DNA of 32,000 nucleotides from Actinomycetota bacterium. Lineage in GTDB: Bacteria > Actinomycetota > Actinomycetes > Mycobacteriales > Mycobacteriaceae. Numbering within the stretch: the first letter of the stretch is position 1; every line of letters begins with the position of its first letter. The translations under genes were made by a program, and so were the position numbers. Shown here piece after piece: positions 7,426-15,159 of the stretch. The notes below the pieces were generated by a model that was not told the origin of the DNA, made no database searches, and was given only the letters and a program-made list of their open reading frames with translations. The DNA is taken from the NCBI GenBank assembly GCA_018268465.1, contig JAFDWN010000003.1, positions 43,653 through 75,652 on the forward strand. Reading direction: 5' to 3'.

Positions 7426-8056
7426 TCAGGCGGTTACGCCGCTGTTGGGGGGCGAGAGAGTTGATACACCGTGCAAGTGGTGCGACAGCCTGCTGTCGCG
7501 TTGCGATGCGGTCCGCCCAGGCCGTAAGTGCTGCCCGGATTGTCGTCACCCGAAGCGTGTGCAACGGACCCGGACCAAAGGTTCGAAACTAGCTGGCGGT
7601 GCGCTGAGCATCACGCGACCAAGCCGGTATGGAAACCCGTTCAGGATTGTCGGGATGTCGGTGGTCGGCATGAACTGGTCCGAACTTGTGGACTGGGATC
7701 ACGGTATCGGCGCAATGCCGGATGCGGACGTGCTCTACTTCGAATCCGCAGATCTCTTGGGTGCAGTAGAGCATGCCGTTGAGTTGTATCGCCAACTGCT
7801 GATAGTTCGTCGGCAGGAGTGGGAGCCAGGCCGATTCGGGAAGTGGATCAGTGACGCTCGGGGGCGTGATGTGGCGTGTTATTGCCCGCTGAGTGGGCCG
7901 TGTCATGGTGACCCGCTGTTAGAAGCCGCCAACGCGAAAGATCTTGATGTGGAGGTCCGGCACCAGTGCAACGGGTGCGGCAAGAGTTTCAGTGAGCAGG
8001 GTCTGCGTTCCCACCAGTCGGGGCGGTTCGCCGCGGCAGCGTGCAGAGTCCATTAA
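7418..8056 (+). CDS. DUF4326-like protein with N-terminal zinc ribbon and C-terminal C2H2-like finger
   Basis: SRYGNPFRI...AVELYRQLL...GRDVACYCPLSGPCHGDPLL matches my recollection of the DUF4326 signature. GTG 7418 follows GGGAGG; ATG 7364 is an alternative start. The tracked N-terminus from 7133 is junk overlapping the previous gene. Confidence 0.65.
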   Translation: MISQAVTPLLGGERVDTPCKWCDSLLSRCDAVRPGRKCCPDCRHPKRVQRTRTKGSKLAGGALSITRPSRYGNPFRIVGMSVVGMNWSELVDWDHGIGAMPDADVLYFESADLLGAVEHAVELYRQLLIVRRQEWEPGRFGKWISDARGRDVACYCPLSGPCHGDPLLEAANAKDLDVEVRHQCNGCGKSFSEQGLRSHQSGRFAAAACRVH

Positions 8057-8070
8057 GCGAAAGAAATGCG

Positions 8071-8419
8071 ATGGGAGACAGGGTGATCAGCGAACGTCAC
8101 GGCAAGGATGTGGTGGACCTCGACCGCGCTCCCCGGCCACCGAAGGTCGACCCCGCCGTCGCGGCGCAACGGAGGCCGCGGCGCCAGTGCGCCTACTGCT
8201 TTACCAATCCTGCAGTGGGCGCTGAACGATTGTGAAGACCGCGCACTGCAAGCGTTGCGACGTGCACACCCAGACGAGTATGAGGTTTTCTTGCAGCGTG
8301 AGCGTGCCGCTGCCGAAGCCGCGACGGCAGAGTCATGGGAGCTGCACTTGGCAAACAAGTGCTCCCGTGCTTCACGGATCGCTGGAACGGCTACGAACCA
8401 TCATGACGGCGGTCGGTGA
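8071..8419 (+). pseudogene. frameshifted paralog of the gene at 18798-19127
   Basis: Frame 1 reads MGDRVISERHGKDVVDLD...RQCAYC and stops at 8235. Frame 2 continues ILQWALNDCEDRALQALRRAHPDEYEVFLQRERAAAEA.... Together they align with the single intact ORF ...DIVDLD...ECACG...RLREAHRAEYDQYLDQERASALA. Confidence 0.5.
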
Positions 8420-8445
8420 CGGTAACTATCCCAAGAGAGGGGAAG

Positions 8446-9543
8446 ATGGGAGTTTCTGAGCACCAATTCAACGCCATCGTCTGGGCGGTATGGGGACAAG
8501 GCACGAACCGCCTTGTGAGGGAGCGGCCCAATGGCGACGTGGTCACGGATCAGAACGAACGTCTATGGCGAGCAAGGACACTGCACCGCAAGCCTGATGT
8601 ATGTCCGCACTGGGCGACGTATCGTGCCCACGCGGAGCCACTGGTCATCGAATCGGCATGTCAGCAATTTCCCGGGCAGCCAGAGGCGATGGCACTCCAG
8701 CTGCTATTCGCGCGGCTGCAATCACGGCCATGGGAGGGCATGCCGGCACTGCGCCGAGTCTCCCAGCACGCCGACTTGGATCACATTGTCGAAGCGGATG
8801 TCTGGCCCTGGCTGGAGCGGGAATCTGCGGCGGCTCAGGCTATCTCACGGCCGGAGGGTGAAGGAGGCTCGGCTGCCGGCGGCGACAGCACAGAACTATT
8901 GAGCCATGAGGCGAGGGCGCTGCTGCGGAAAGCCGCAGAAGGCACCGGTGTACTGCATTATCGCGAACAGATCGAGCCGCTGGCGAAATTTGCGTACCGC
9001 TTACATGAGTTGGGAACCCAAGCCGCCTACCTCGCCACGCGCGAACTCGGCGGCTCAACTGGTACCCGACAAACCCTCCTGAGTGATGATGACGCACGCA
9101 TTCTCACAACGTATGCGACGATCTTGATGCAGCACTCCACATGGGTCCGATCCTGCGCAGTGCAGGCCCGCTACGCCGCCATCACGTCTGACCAGGTACG
9201 ACGAATTGGGCGGACAGCCTCCGACGACGACGGTAATCACCAGTGGTGGGCGGATCTCACCACCCGGCCGATCACGTCAGATGTTCGTGACGCGGTCGCC
9301 AGAGCCATGACACATGGCGAAATAGCCTCTCTACTAAGGAATTTGGCCGATGAATCAGATGCCCTGCACACTGAAATAGGCGACGCCTTCGAAAGAGTCG
9401 GGTGGAACCGCAACATTGCTGCCGGCACGAGTTGCGTCGGACCGGGGTTCCGCACCGTGTCCGAACGTCTCAGCGCTACGGACCGGGAGGGCAGCGAGCC
9501 TGGGAGTGGCGAAGGGGAGGGGCCAGGTGCGCGAGATGGCTGA
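8446..9543 (+). CDS. hypothetical protein (365 aa)
   Basis: ATG is preceded by AGAGAGGGGAAG. Long ORF with balanced composition; no motif recognised. Confidence 0.65.
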   Translation: MGVSEHQFNAIVWAVWGQGTNRLVRERPNGDVVTDQNERLWRARTLHRKPDVCPHWATYRAHAEPLVIESACQQFPGQPEAMALQLLFARLQSRPWEGMPALRRVSQHADLDHIVEADVWPWLERESAAAQAISRPEGEGGSAAGGDSTELLSHEARALLRKAAEGTGVLHYREQIEPLAKFAYRLHELGTQAAYLATRELGGSTGTRQTLLSDDDARILTTYATILMQHSTWVRSCAVQARYAAITSDQVRRIGRTASDDDGNHQWWADLTTRPITSDVRDAVARAMTHGEIASLLRNLADESDALHTEIGDAFERVGWNRNIAAGTSCVGPGFRTVSERLSATDREGSEPGSGEGEGPGARDG

Positions 9544-9552
9544 CGTCCCCCC

Positions 9553-11151
9553 TCAACTGAGCTTGTCGAGCCAACCTCCTGTGCGGAACGGTGCGATTCG
9601 GGCAAGAAATTCCTCACGTCGGGCTGCGCCTTGCGGTGTTTCTTCGCGGAGTTGTTCGAGGTCGCTGCGGGAGAGGATGACGGTGCCGTGGCTGTCGCAG
9701 ATGGCCTCGTAGAGGCCGGTGGCTTCGGTGTCGAGGCCGTCGCGGTTGTGGTCGGCGCGGTAGATGTCGCGAGATGCGTCGTCGAGGAGCGCGAGGATCG
9801 TTGCGGTGAGGCGGGTGGCTGAGCTGCCCGTCGTCCGGTGTATAGCTCCGTCGGCTGATGGGACGGGGAAGGTGTTTCCGGCGCTGTCGCGGAAGAACGG
9901 GAGGCCATCTTCGATGGCGAGCTCCTCGATGCGTCCCCGCGCCGGCATGCGGGTGCCCAGGGTGGCGTAGGTCTTGCCGTCGGTGGCGCTGATCGCCCAC
10001 ACGGCAGGGTTGAGCGGGTCGCGCCACCACTGGTAGGGCTGCTGGTTCATGGTGTGGGCGACCCAGTGGTAGCCGATCTCGTTGGCGTGCGCGGGCTCGA
10101 CGGCGGTGAGGCGGTGGCACCATTCGTGGGCCAGGCGTGAGCAGTGATCGCGGTCGATGGTGAGTAGTTCGTGGGTGATGGCTGGATGCAGAACCTCGAA
10201 GCCGCGGCCGGTGTTGACGGCGCGGACTGCGAGGTCTTTGTCGTCGATGCGGTGGCGTAGGGCGTCGCGGATGGTTTCGGGTGACGCGGGTGTGGGCGGT
10301 TGTGAGCTGAGGACGGCGATGGCCGCGTGCCGTAGGCCGGGGCGGTTCGGGATGTCGTCTTGGCCGGATGGCCAGATGTAGAAGGCGGCCGCCAGGGCGC
10401 GGTCGGTGGTGTCGGCGATCTCGGCGAGGGCGCGATCGGCTGGGGAGCCGTCGTGGGGGCGGCAGCGTTCGAAGTGGTCGGCGGTGAAGTCGGCGGCGTG
10501 CGGCCGGATCTGGGCGATTGGGGTACCGGGGCGCCAGCTGTTCATGGCGTCGACGTCGGTCAGTCCGTAGGACCACCAGGGTAGGTCGACCTGCACGAGG
10601 GCGGTGAGGTCGTGCCAGCCGATTTCCCATGGATACCCGTCGGTGCCGGCGTGGTCGGCGACGACGATCCGTGGCTGGCTGGGAGGGTGCTGGTTGGTGG
10701 CGCTTTTCGCCAGGGTGATTGCGGACAGGTGGGGGCGCAGTGACAGTAGATGGGCGGCGGCGGCGTCGTCGATGCGTTGGAAGTCTTTGGCGTAGGTGAC
10801 GCCGATGGGGCCGCGGTGGTCGCCGGGTTCCCATGTGTGCAGGACGTAGGTGAGGCCGCGGGTCTCGATGACCTCGCTTTCGATGAACGTGGCCGGAGGG
10901 ATGTCGTCGGCGAGGGGGCATAGGCGTGGGATATGTTGGCGCTGTGCCGGTTTGGTGGTCCAGATGTGGCGGTAGATCGATGCGGGTGTCCAGAAGTTGC
11001 GGTTGCCGCGCTGCTCGGTCGGCTCGGGGAAGCCGGAGTGATCGGTGAGGTAGCGGCGCACCGAGGCGGGTTGGATGTCGAGGAGCTCGGCGACGCGGTC
11101 GATGCCGAGGGTCGGCTGAAACCACGCCGAGCCCTGCTGCCAAGGATTCAT
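9553..11151 (-). CDS. large HTH-domain protein (532 aa) with an HExxH motif
   Basis: N-terminal LGIDRVAELLDIQPASVRRYLTDHSGFPEP resembles the HTH of the 3697 and 13306 paralogs. LAHEWCHRL is an HExxH motif. The ATG at 11151 lies 6 nt after TAGTAT (TANNNT), a leaderless-type layout. Confidence 0.7.
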   Translation of the reverse strand: MNPWQQGSAWFQPTLGIDRVAELLDIQPASVRRYLTDHSGFPEPTEQRGNRNFWTPASIYRHIWTTKPAQRQHIPRLCPLADDIPPATFIESEVIETRGLTYVLHTWEPGDHRGPIGVTYAKDFQRIDDAAAAHLLSLRPHLSAITLAKSATNQHPPSQPRIVVADHAGTDGYPWEIGWHDLTALVQVDLPWWSYGLTDVDAMNSWRPGTPIAQIRPHAADFTADHFERCRPHDGSPADRALAEIADTTDRALAAAFYIWPSGQDDIPNRPGLRHAAIAVLSSQPPTPASPETIRDALRHRIDDKDLAVRAVNTGRGFEVLHPAITHELLTIDRDHCSRLAHEWCHRLTAVEPAHANEIGYHWVAHTMNQQPYQWWRDPLNPAVWAISATDGKTYATLGTRMPARGRIEELAIEDGLPFFRDSAGNTFPVPSADGAIHRTTGSSATRLTATILALLDDASRDIYRADHNRDGLDTEATGLYEAICDSHGTVILSRSDLEQLREETPQGAARREEFLARIAPFRTGGWLDKLS

Positions 11152-11220
11152 CAATCCATACTAACCATAGAATCCATAGTTAGTGTAGACCGCACGTTGA
11201 CCGAATCGCGCCGTCGTCTA

Positions 11221-11236
11221 TCGAACAAGTGTTCTA
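11221..11236. promoter_or_regulatory. LexA (SOS) box, Gram-positive/mycobacterial type
   Basis: TCGAACAAGTGTTCTA against the consensus TCGAAC-N4-GTTCGA: GAAC-N4-GTTC core intact, 11 of 12 specified positions. It abuts the umuD-like start codon. Confidence 0.6.
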
Positions 11237-11676
11237 TGGTTGTGGGCGTGACAGTGTCCAGACTTCTGCGGATCGAACCCGCTGTGCACCCGTGCGTGGT
11301 GGCCGTGGCGGGCGCGCGAGTCTCGGCGGGGTGGCCCTCACCGGCCGACGACTACCTGGACGGTCACATCGACCTGTCGGAGCATCTGATCCCGCGCCCC
11401 TCGTCGACGTTCCTGATCCGTGTCTCGGGCTGGTCGATGCGCGATGCCGGCATCGCCGACGGCGACGAACTCATCGTCGACCGTGCCATTGAGGCTCGCG
11501 ACGGCCAGATCGTGGTCGCCGTCGTCGACGACGAATTTGTGGTCAAAACGCTGTGCCTGCGGCCACCACCGCCGCGGCTGGTCGCCGCGCACCCCGACTT
11601 CCCCGACATCGCGCTCCCGGGCCGCGACGTCCAGGTGTGGGGCACGGTGACCTACGTCCTGCACCATGCACCCTGA
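11236..11676 (+). CDS. umuD: UmuD-like S24 peptidase (translesion polymerase V accessory subunit)
   Basis: [18 protein letters not shown]...[24 protein letters not shown]...DDEFVVKTL parallels E. coli UmuD (CGFPSPAADY, SGDSM, VKKL), covering the Ala-Gly cleavage site and the Ser/Lys dyad. Confidence 0.85.
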   Translation: MVVGVTVSRLLRIEPAVHPCVVAVAGARVSAGWPSPADDYLDGHIDLSEHLIPRPSSTFLIRVSGWSMRDAGIADGDELIVDRAIEARDGQIVVAVVDDEFVVKTLCLRPPPPRLVAAHPDFPDIALPGRDVQVWGTVTYVLHHAP

Positions 11677-12949
11677 ACTCACCTCGCAGACGACGGTGCC
11701 GGCCGGCCATGTCGTGGCACTGGTCGACGTCCGGTGCATGTATGTGTCGTGTGAGCGGGTGTTCGATCCGCGGCTGCGAGGCCGTCCGGTGGTTGTGCTG
11801 TCGAACAACGACGGATGCGTGGTCGCGAGGTCACCGGAGGCGAAAAGCCTTGGCATACCAATGGGTAAGCCCTGGTTTGAGGTTCGTGACGACCTGGCTC
11901 TGCTGGACGTGATCGCCCGGTCGTCGAACTACGAGCTCTACGGCGACATGTCGGCGCGGTTCACCACCGTGCTGCGCGAGCTGGCCGCCGCAGTGCACCC
12001 ATACTCGATCGACGAGGCCTTCGTGCTCCTGCCGGCCGACCGGGCGTCCCGCGACGCGGTGGTTATCCAGGACACCGTGCTGCGCTGGCTGGGCCTGCCG
12101 GTGACGATCGGTATCGGCCCCACCAAGACGTTGGCCAAGATCGGTTCCCACCACGCGAAACAGAATCCCTCGGGGATCTGTGACGTCGGCGGGCTGGCGC
12201 CGGCTGATCGCAGCGACCTTCTTGCTTCCACCGCCGCCAGCGACGTGTGGGGGATCGGCGCCCGGCTTTCCGCTCGGCTAGCAGCCCTGGGGATCCGCAC
12301 CGCCGCCGACGTGGCCGGTATGGATCCGGCGTGGGCCCGTCGCCTCTTCACCGTCACGGGCGAACGCACCGTCCGCGAGCTGGCGGGCCTGCCGTGCATC
12401 GCGTTCTGCGATGACCCGGAAAGTCACCGGCAACTCATCTACTCCCGGCTGTTCGGGACACCGATCGACGACGCGGACACCATGCGCGCAGCGTTGACCG
12501 ACTACGCCGCGACCCTGGCAAGGCGGCTGAGACGCAAAGGCCTGTACGCCACCGTGCTCACCGTCAGTGCCTCCACCAGTGGCTACACTCGGGGCCCGGC
12601 GCATCACCCCTTCATCAGTGCCGGATTTCTCGCACCGACAGACGCCACCGAACACGTGATCGCGGCCGCTCACCGGCTGCTGCCCAAGCTGCGCCCCGGC
12701 GTGCGCTACGTACGGGCCACTCTTATGCTGACCGGCCTCACCCACGCCGGCGCGACACTCGGACTACACGGCGACGACGAGACACCCTCCGCGTCGACCG
12801 TGGTCGACGCGATCCAGAACCGATTCGGGCGCTCCTCGATCGGCTACGGCCGCACCGGACTCAAACGACCGCCCTCATGGACGATGCACCGTCGAATGCT
12901 GTCCCCCCGCTACACCACCTGTTGGGCGCAGCTCCCCACCGCCCGGTAA
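11666..12949 (+). CDS. umuC: UmuC-like Y-family DNA polymerase
   Basis: [81 protein letters not shown] and C-terminal MLSPRYTT all match UmuC landmarks. Overlaps umuD by 11 nt. Confidence 0.9.
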   Translation: MHPELTSQTTVPAGHVVALVDVRCMYVSCERVFDPRLRGRPVVVLSNNDGCVVARSPEAKSLGIPMGKPWFEVRDDLALLDVIARSSNYELYGDMSARFTTVLRELAAAVHPYSIDEAFVLLPADRASRDAVVIQDTVLRWLGLPVTIGIGPTKTLAKIGSHHAKQNPSGICDVGGLAPADRSDLLASTAASDVWGIGARLSARLAALGIRTAADVAGMDPAWARRLFTVTGERTVRELAGLPCIAFCDDPESHRQLIYSRLFGTPIDDADTMRAALTDYAATLARRLRRKGLYATVLTVSASTSGYTRGPAHHPFISAGFLAPTDATEHVIAAAHRLLPKLRPGVRYVRATLMLTGLTHAGATLGLHGDDETPSASTVVDAIQNRFGRSSIGYGRTGLKRPPSWTMHRRMLSPRYTTCWAQLPTAR

Positions 12950-13054
12950 CCGGTCCATGTCGGGCCGCTCACCGGGCGCCAAACATGTACGCCGCGAGAC
13001 TATTTGACCGATACGTAGGTCCACGGCCTGGCATTCGTGACGCTGCGCTGGCGA

Positions 13055-13306
13055 CTACTGATCGGGGTGCTGGCGAGCCTTGAGGTCGGTACGGGCGCCT
13101 TGGCCGGGTCTCTGCCAGTTGTCGATGGTGTCGAGCAGCCATCCCGGGTGGCTGTGGACCTGATCCTCCGGGAGATCACCGCCGGCGTCGTCGGTCAACT
13201 CGCCGTCCGGCTCAGGAAGGCGGTTCTCGTGGTGATAACGCAGCACCGTCCCGTAAGACAGTCCACGCCGGCGGGCGAATCCGCGAAGGGACAGCAGCCT
13301 GAGCAC
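13055..13306 (-). CDS. HTH (excisionase/MerR-like) DNA-binding protein (83 aa)
   Basis: MLRLLSLRGFARRRGLSYGTVLRYHHENRLPEPDGELTD...WLLDTIDNWQRPGQGARTDL is a paralog of the 3697-4173 N-terminus. The GTG lies 6 nt after TAAAGT within TTGTAAAGTT. Confidence 0.75.
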   Translation of the reverse strand: MLRLLSLRGFARRRGLSYGTVLRYHHENRLPEPDGELTDDAGGDLPEDQVHSHPGWLLDTIDNWQRPGQGARTDLKARQHPDQ

Positions 13307-13311
13307 GAGCT

Positions 13312-13356
13312 AACTTTACAATACTTTTGACTATACAATGAAACCATTGTAAAGTC
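13312..13356. promoter_or_regulatory. divergent promoter/operator region with TTGTAAAGT motifs
   Basis: AACTTTACAA (13312-13321, minus-strand TTGTAAAGTT) and TTGTAAAGTC (13347-13356) face outward in inverted orientation, with ATACAAT between them. Confidence 0.5.
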
Positions 13357-13393
13357 TGCGGCGGAGGTACCCCATCCCAGGTAGGAGTGCGAA

Positions 13394-13582
13394 ATGGCCA
13401 CTGTGAAGGCCCTGACTGACGAAGATCTCTACTACACGCTCGCCAAGCTGATGACCGGTGACGACGATGTCGACGGGGTCGCGATCGACGACGTCGAAGC
13501 AGACGACACCGGCGTCGATGTGATCCTGACCGACGACGACGGCGAGCAGCGCCGGATCACCTTGAACATCACGGCCAGCTAG
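13394..13582 (+). CDS. small highly acidic protein (62 aa)
   Basis: ATG is preceded by GGTAGGAG. 17 of 62 residues are D/E against 4 K/R (TGDDDVDGVAIDDVEADDTGVDVILTDDDGE). First gene of the rightward block. Confidence 0.65.
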   Translation: MATVKALTDEDLYYTLAKLMTGDDDVDGVAIDDVEADDTGVDVILTDDDGEQRRITLNITAS

Positions 13583-13587
13583 TCCAC

Positions 13588-13635
13588 GGTGGTCTTCAGG
13601 CGAGGCTCGGCAACCCCCCTCGACTGAAGACCACC
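13588..13635 (+). terminator. strong stem-loop (candidate intrinsic terminator or regulatory hairpin)
   Basis: GGTGGTCTTCAG-G-CGAGG ... CCTCG-A-CTGAAGACCACC gives 12 + 5 bp of stem with a 12-nt loop. It starts 5 nt after the stop codon and has no U-tract. Confidence 0.45.
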
Positions 13636-13680
13636 GCCAAGCATCGCCGGATGTCACCCCCTGAGAGGAGCATCGCCCCT

Positions 13681-13920
13681 ATGAGCAACACGCCGGATGC
13701 AGGCTCGGCAAGTTACGGCTGGTGTGACACCCGCGACGCGCATGACGGCCAGTATGACCACGCCCGGCAACCGACCTGCCGGAACTTCGTATCAGACGCC
13801 GAGCACACCGCCCGCCTGATCGCCGAGGCGCGCGAACATGATCGCCTCGTGCACCATCGCTACCCCAACGGAGAGACCAACGCTGCAGCGGCCTACATCG
13901 CCGAGCACCGCCCGTACTGA
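13681..13920 (+). CDS. hypothetical protein (79 aa)
   Basis: ATG (MSNTPDAGSASYGWCDTRD...) lies downstream of GAGAGGAG. ATG 13651 is an alternative start. Confidence 0.55.
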   Translation: MSNTPDAGSASYGWCDTRDAHDGQYDHARQPTCRNFVSDAEHTARLIAEAREHDRLVHHRYPNGETNAAAAYIAEHRPY

Positions 13921-13938
13921 GATCAGAGCGAGCACGCA

Positions 13939-14139
13939 GTGACCAAGACCGAAGCGGCAGAGATCGTGGCGAATGAGGTGCTGGTGTTCGCCCGCAAACA
14001 CGGACGCACACCAAACAAGGAACTGGTCGAGGCGCGCATCTCTGAGCTACGCGGCACCGCCGCCGGTTCGCTCCTGGGGGACGCCGCCGAAATCGCCCAC
14101 TGGCGTACGACTCTCGGCATTGCGCAGAGGTGGTTCTAA
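13939..14139 (+). CDS. hypothetical protein (66 aa)
   Basis: GTG start. The helical sequence MTKTEAAEIVANEVLVFARKHGRTPNKELVEARISELRG is protein-like. Confidence 0.55.
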   Translation: MTKTEAAEIVANEVLVFARKHGRTPNKELVEARISELRGTAAGSLLGDAAEIAHWRTTLGIAQRWF

Positions 14140-14141
14140 CG

Positions 14142-14447
14142 GTGAGCGCAAATCCCGACGATCCCGATCCTATGACCCTCGACGAGGTGAGCGCGATCAG
14201 CAACACCCGCGTGCGGCGCCTGCTGAAATCCGCGCTTGGCCAGGGGCTGGAGATCTACCAGGCACGCAACGTCGAACGCTGCTGGACGATCAGCAAGCAG
14301 CGCTACGGCTCGGAATCTCTCACCGTGTACGGGGAAGCCAACAACGCCGCCCACGTCAGCTACGACTCTGGCCGCGGTCGCTGGTTGGAGGACGTCACGC
14401 AAGTGCGGGCGTTCGCCATCATCCAGGAAATGGGTGCGCTGATATGA
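14142..14447 (+). CDS. hypothetical protein (101 aa)
   Basis: GTG lies 2 nt after the upstream stop and is preceded by AGAGGTGG. The sequence ...MTLDEVSAISNTRVRRLLKSALGQGLEIYQARNVERCW... is protein-like. Confidence 0.55.
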   Translation: MSANPDDPDPMTLDEVSAISNTRVRRLLKSALGQGLEIYQARNVERCWTISKQRYGSESLTVYGEANNAAHVSYDSGRGRWLEDVTQVRAFAIIQEMGALI

Positions 14448-14569
14448 CGACGCCAGCCATCCCGGAGGCTCTGACGCCGGTGATTTACAACGGTGAGCGG
14501 TTCGCGCTGCTTCCCGGCGCGCAGGTCAAGGCCGTCCCGTCCCCGGGCAGTAGTTCCGGGGGACCGTAA
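14444..14569 (+). CDS. small hypothetical protein (41 aa)
   Basis: ATGA overlap with the upstream stop. Translation is MTTPAIPEALTPVIYNGERFALLPGAQVKAVPSPGSSSGGP. Short and unsupported otherwise. Confidence 0.3.
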   Translation: MTTPAIPEALTPVIYNGERFALLPGAQVKAVPSPGSSSGGP

Positions 14570-14654
14570 GTTGGTCGGAATTCCCTTTGTGGGTTACGAA
14601 GTCTCGGTAGCGCACCGATTTTGCCGCAAACTGGCGGGTGTTGGCAATGTCGAC

Positions 14655-14669
14655 TATAGTAGACATATG
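14655..14669 (+). promoter_or_regulatory. candidate -10 box (TATAGT) driving a leaderless ATG
   Basis: TATAGT at 14655-14660, then 6 nt (AGACAT), then ATG at 14667. This is the spacing expected for leaderless mycobacterial transcripts. Confidence 0.4.
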
Positions 14670-15146
14670 TCACGACGACATTCGATCCAGAACGCGACGA
14701 CCCTTGATGCCTCAGCTCAGCACGAGCACACGCTGGTGGATGGAGTCGACGAACCGTTTGTCGGGTGGACCCAGGCGCGAGTCGGCTGCCACTGGAGCCG
14801 GCCACTGCCAGACGGGCGAATCGTCCACACGAGCACTTGGCAGCGCGGACGTGAAGACGGATATTCGTTGACCATCAATTACAACCGCGCCGAGTACCCC
14901 GATCTGCCAGCGGTACTGGCAGCGTTCGAACGGCTGGAGAACGAGGCCAGGGCGTCTAGCCCGGCTGCACCGACCGTCGAAGATGTGCGAAAGCGTGTGG
15001 AAGGGCGCCCTGAATGCGCCGACCTGAAGGCCGACCTCGCCGCCGCAGACGCCGAGGTGGGGGCAGCAACGGCAAGACGCCGCAAGCTATCTGAGCGCAC
15101 ACTCTGGAGCGAGGAGGCCGCGGCTGTCGGCTACGTGGGCGGCTAG
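14667..15146 (+). CDS. hypothetical protein (159 aa)
   Basis: Internal ATG (MSRRHSIQNATTLDASAQHEH...) sits behind TATAGT. The tracked upstream extension is R/P/S junk. Confidence 0.6.
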   Translation: MSRRHSIQNATTLDASAQHEHTLVDGVDEPFVGWTQARVGCHWSRPLPDGRIVHTSTWQRGREDGYSLTINYNRAEYPDLPAVLAAFERLENEARASSPAAPTVEDVRKRVEGRPECADLKADLAAADAEVGAATARRRKLSERTLWSEEAAAVGYVGG

Positions 15147-15159
15147 ACGGGGAGTAGAG

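Noticed and set aside
9614-11143. 509-aa minus-strand ORF in an alternative frame of the 532-aa gene
   Set aside because: The translation is overwhelmingly R/P/H-rich (RRRRPR-type runs) and is an out-of-frame artefact of the real gene.
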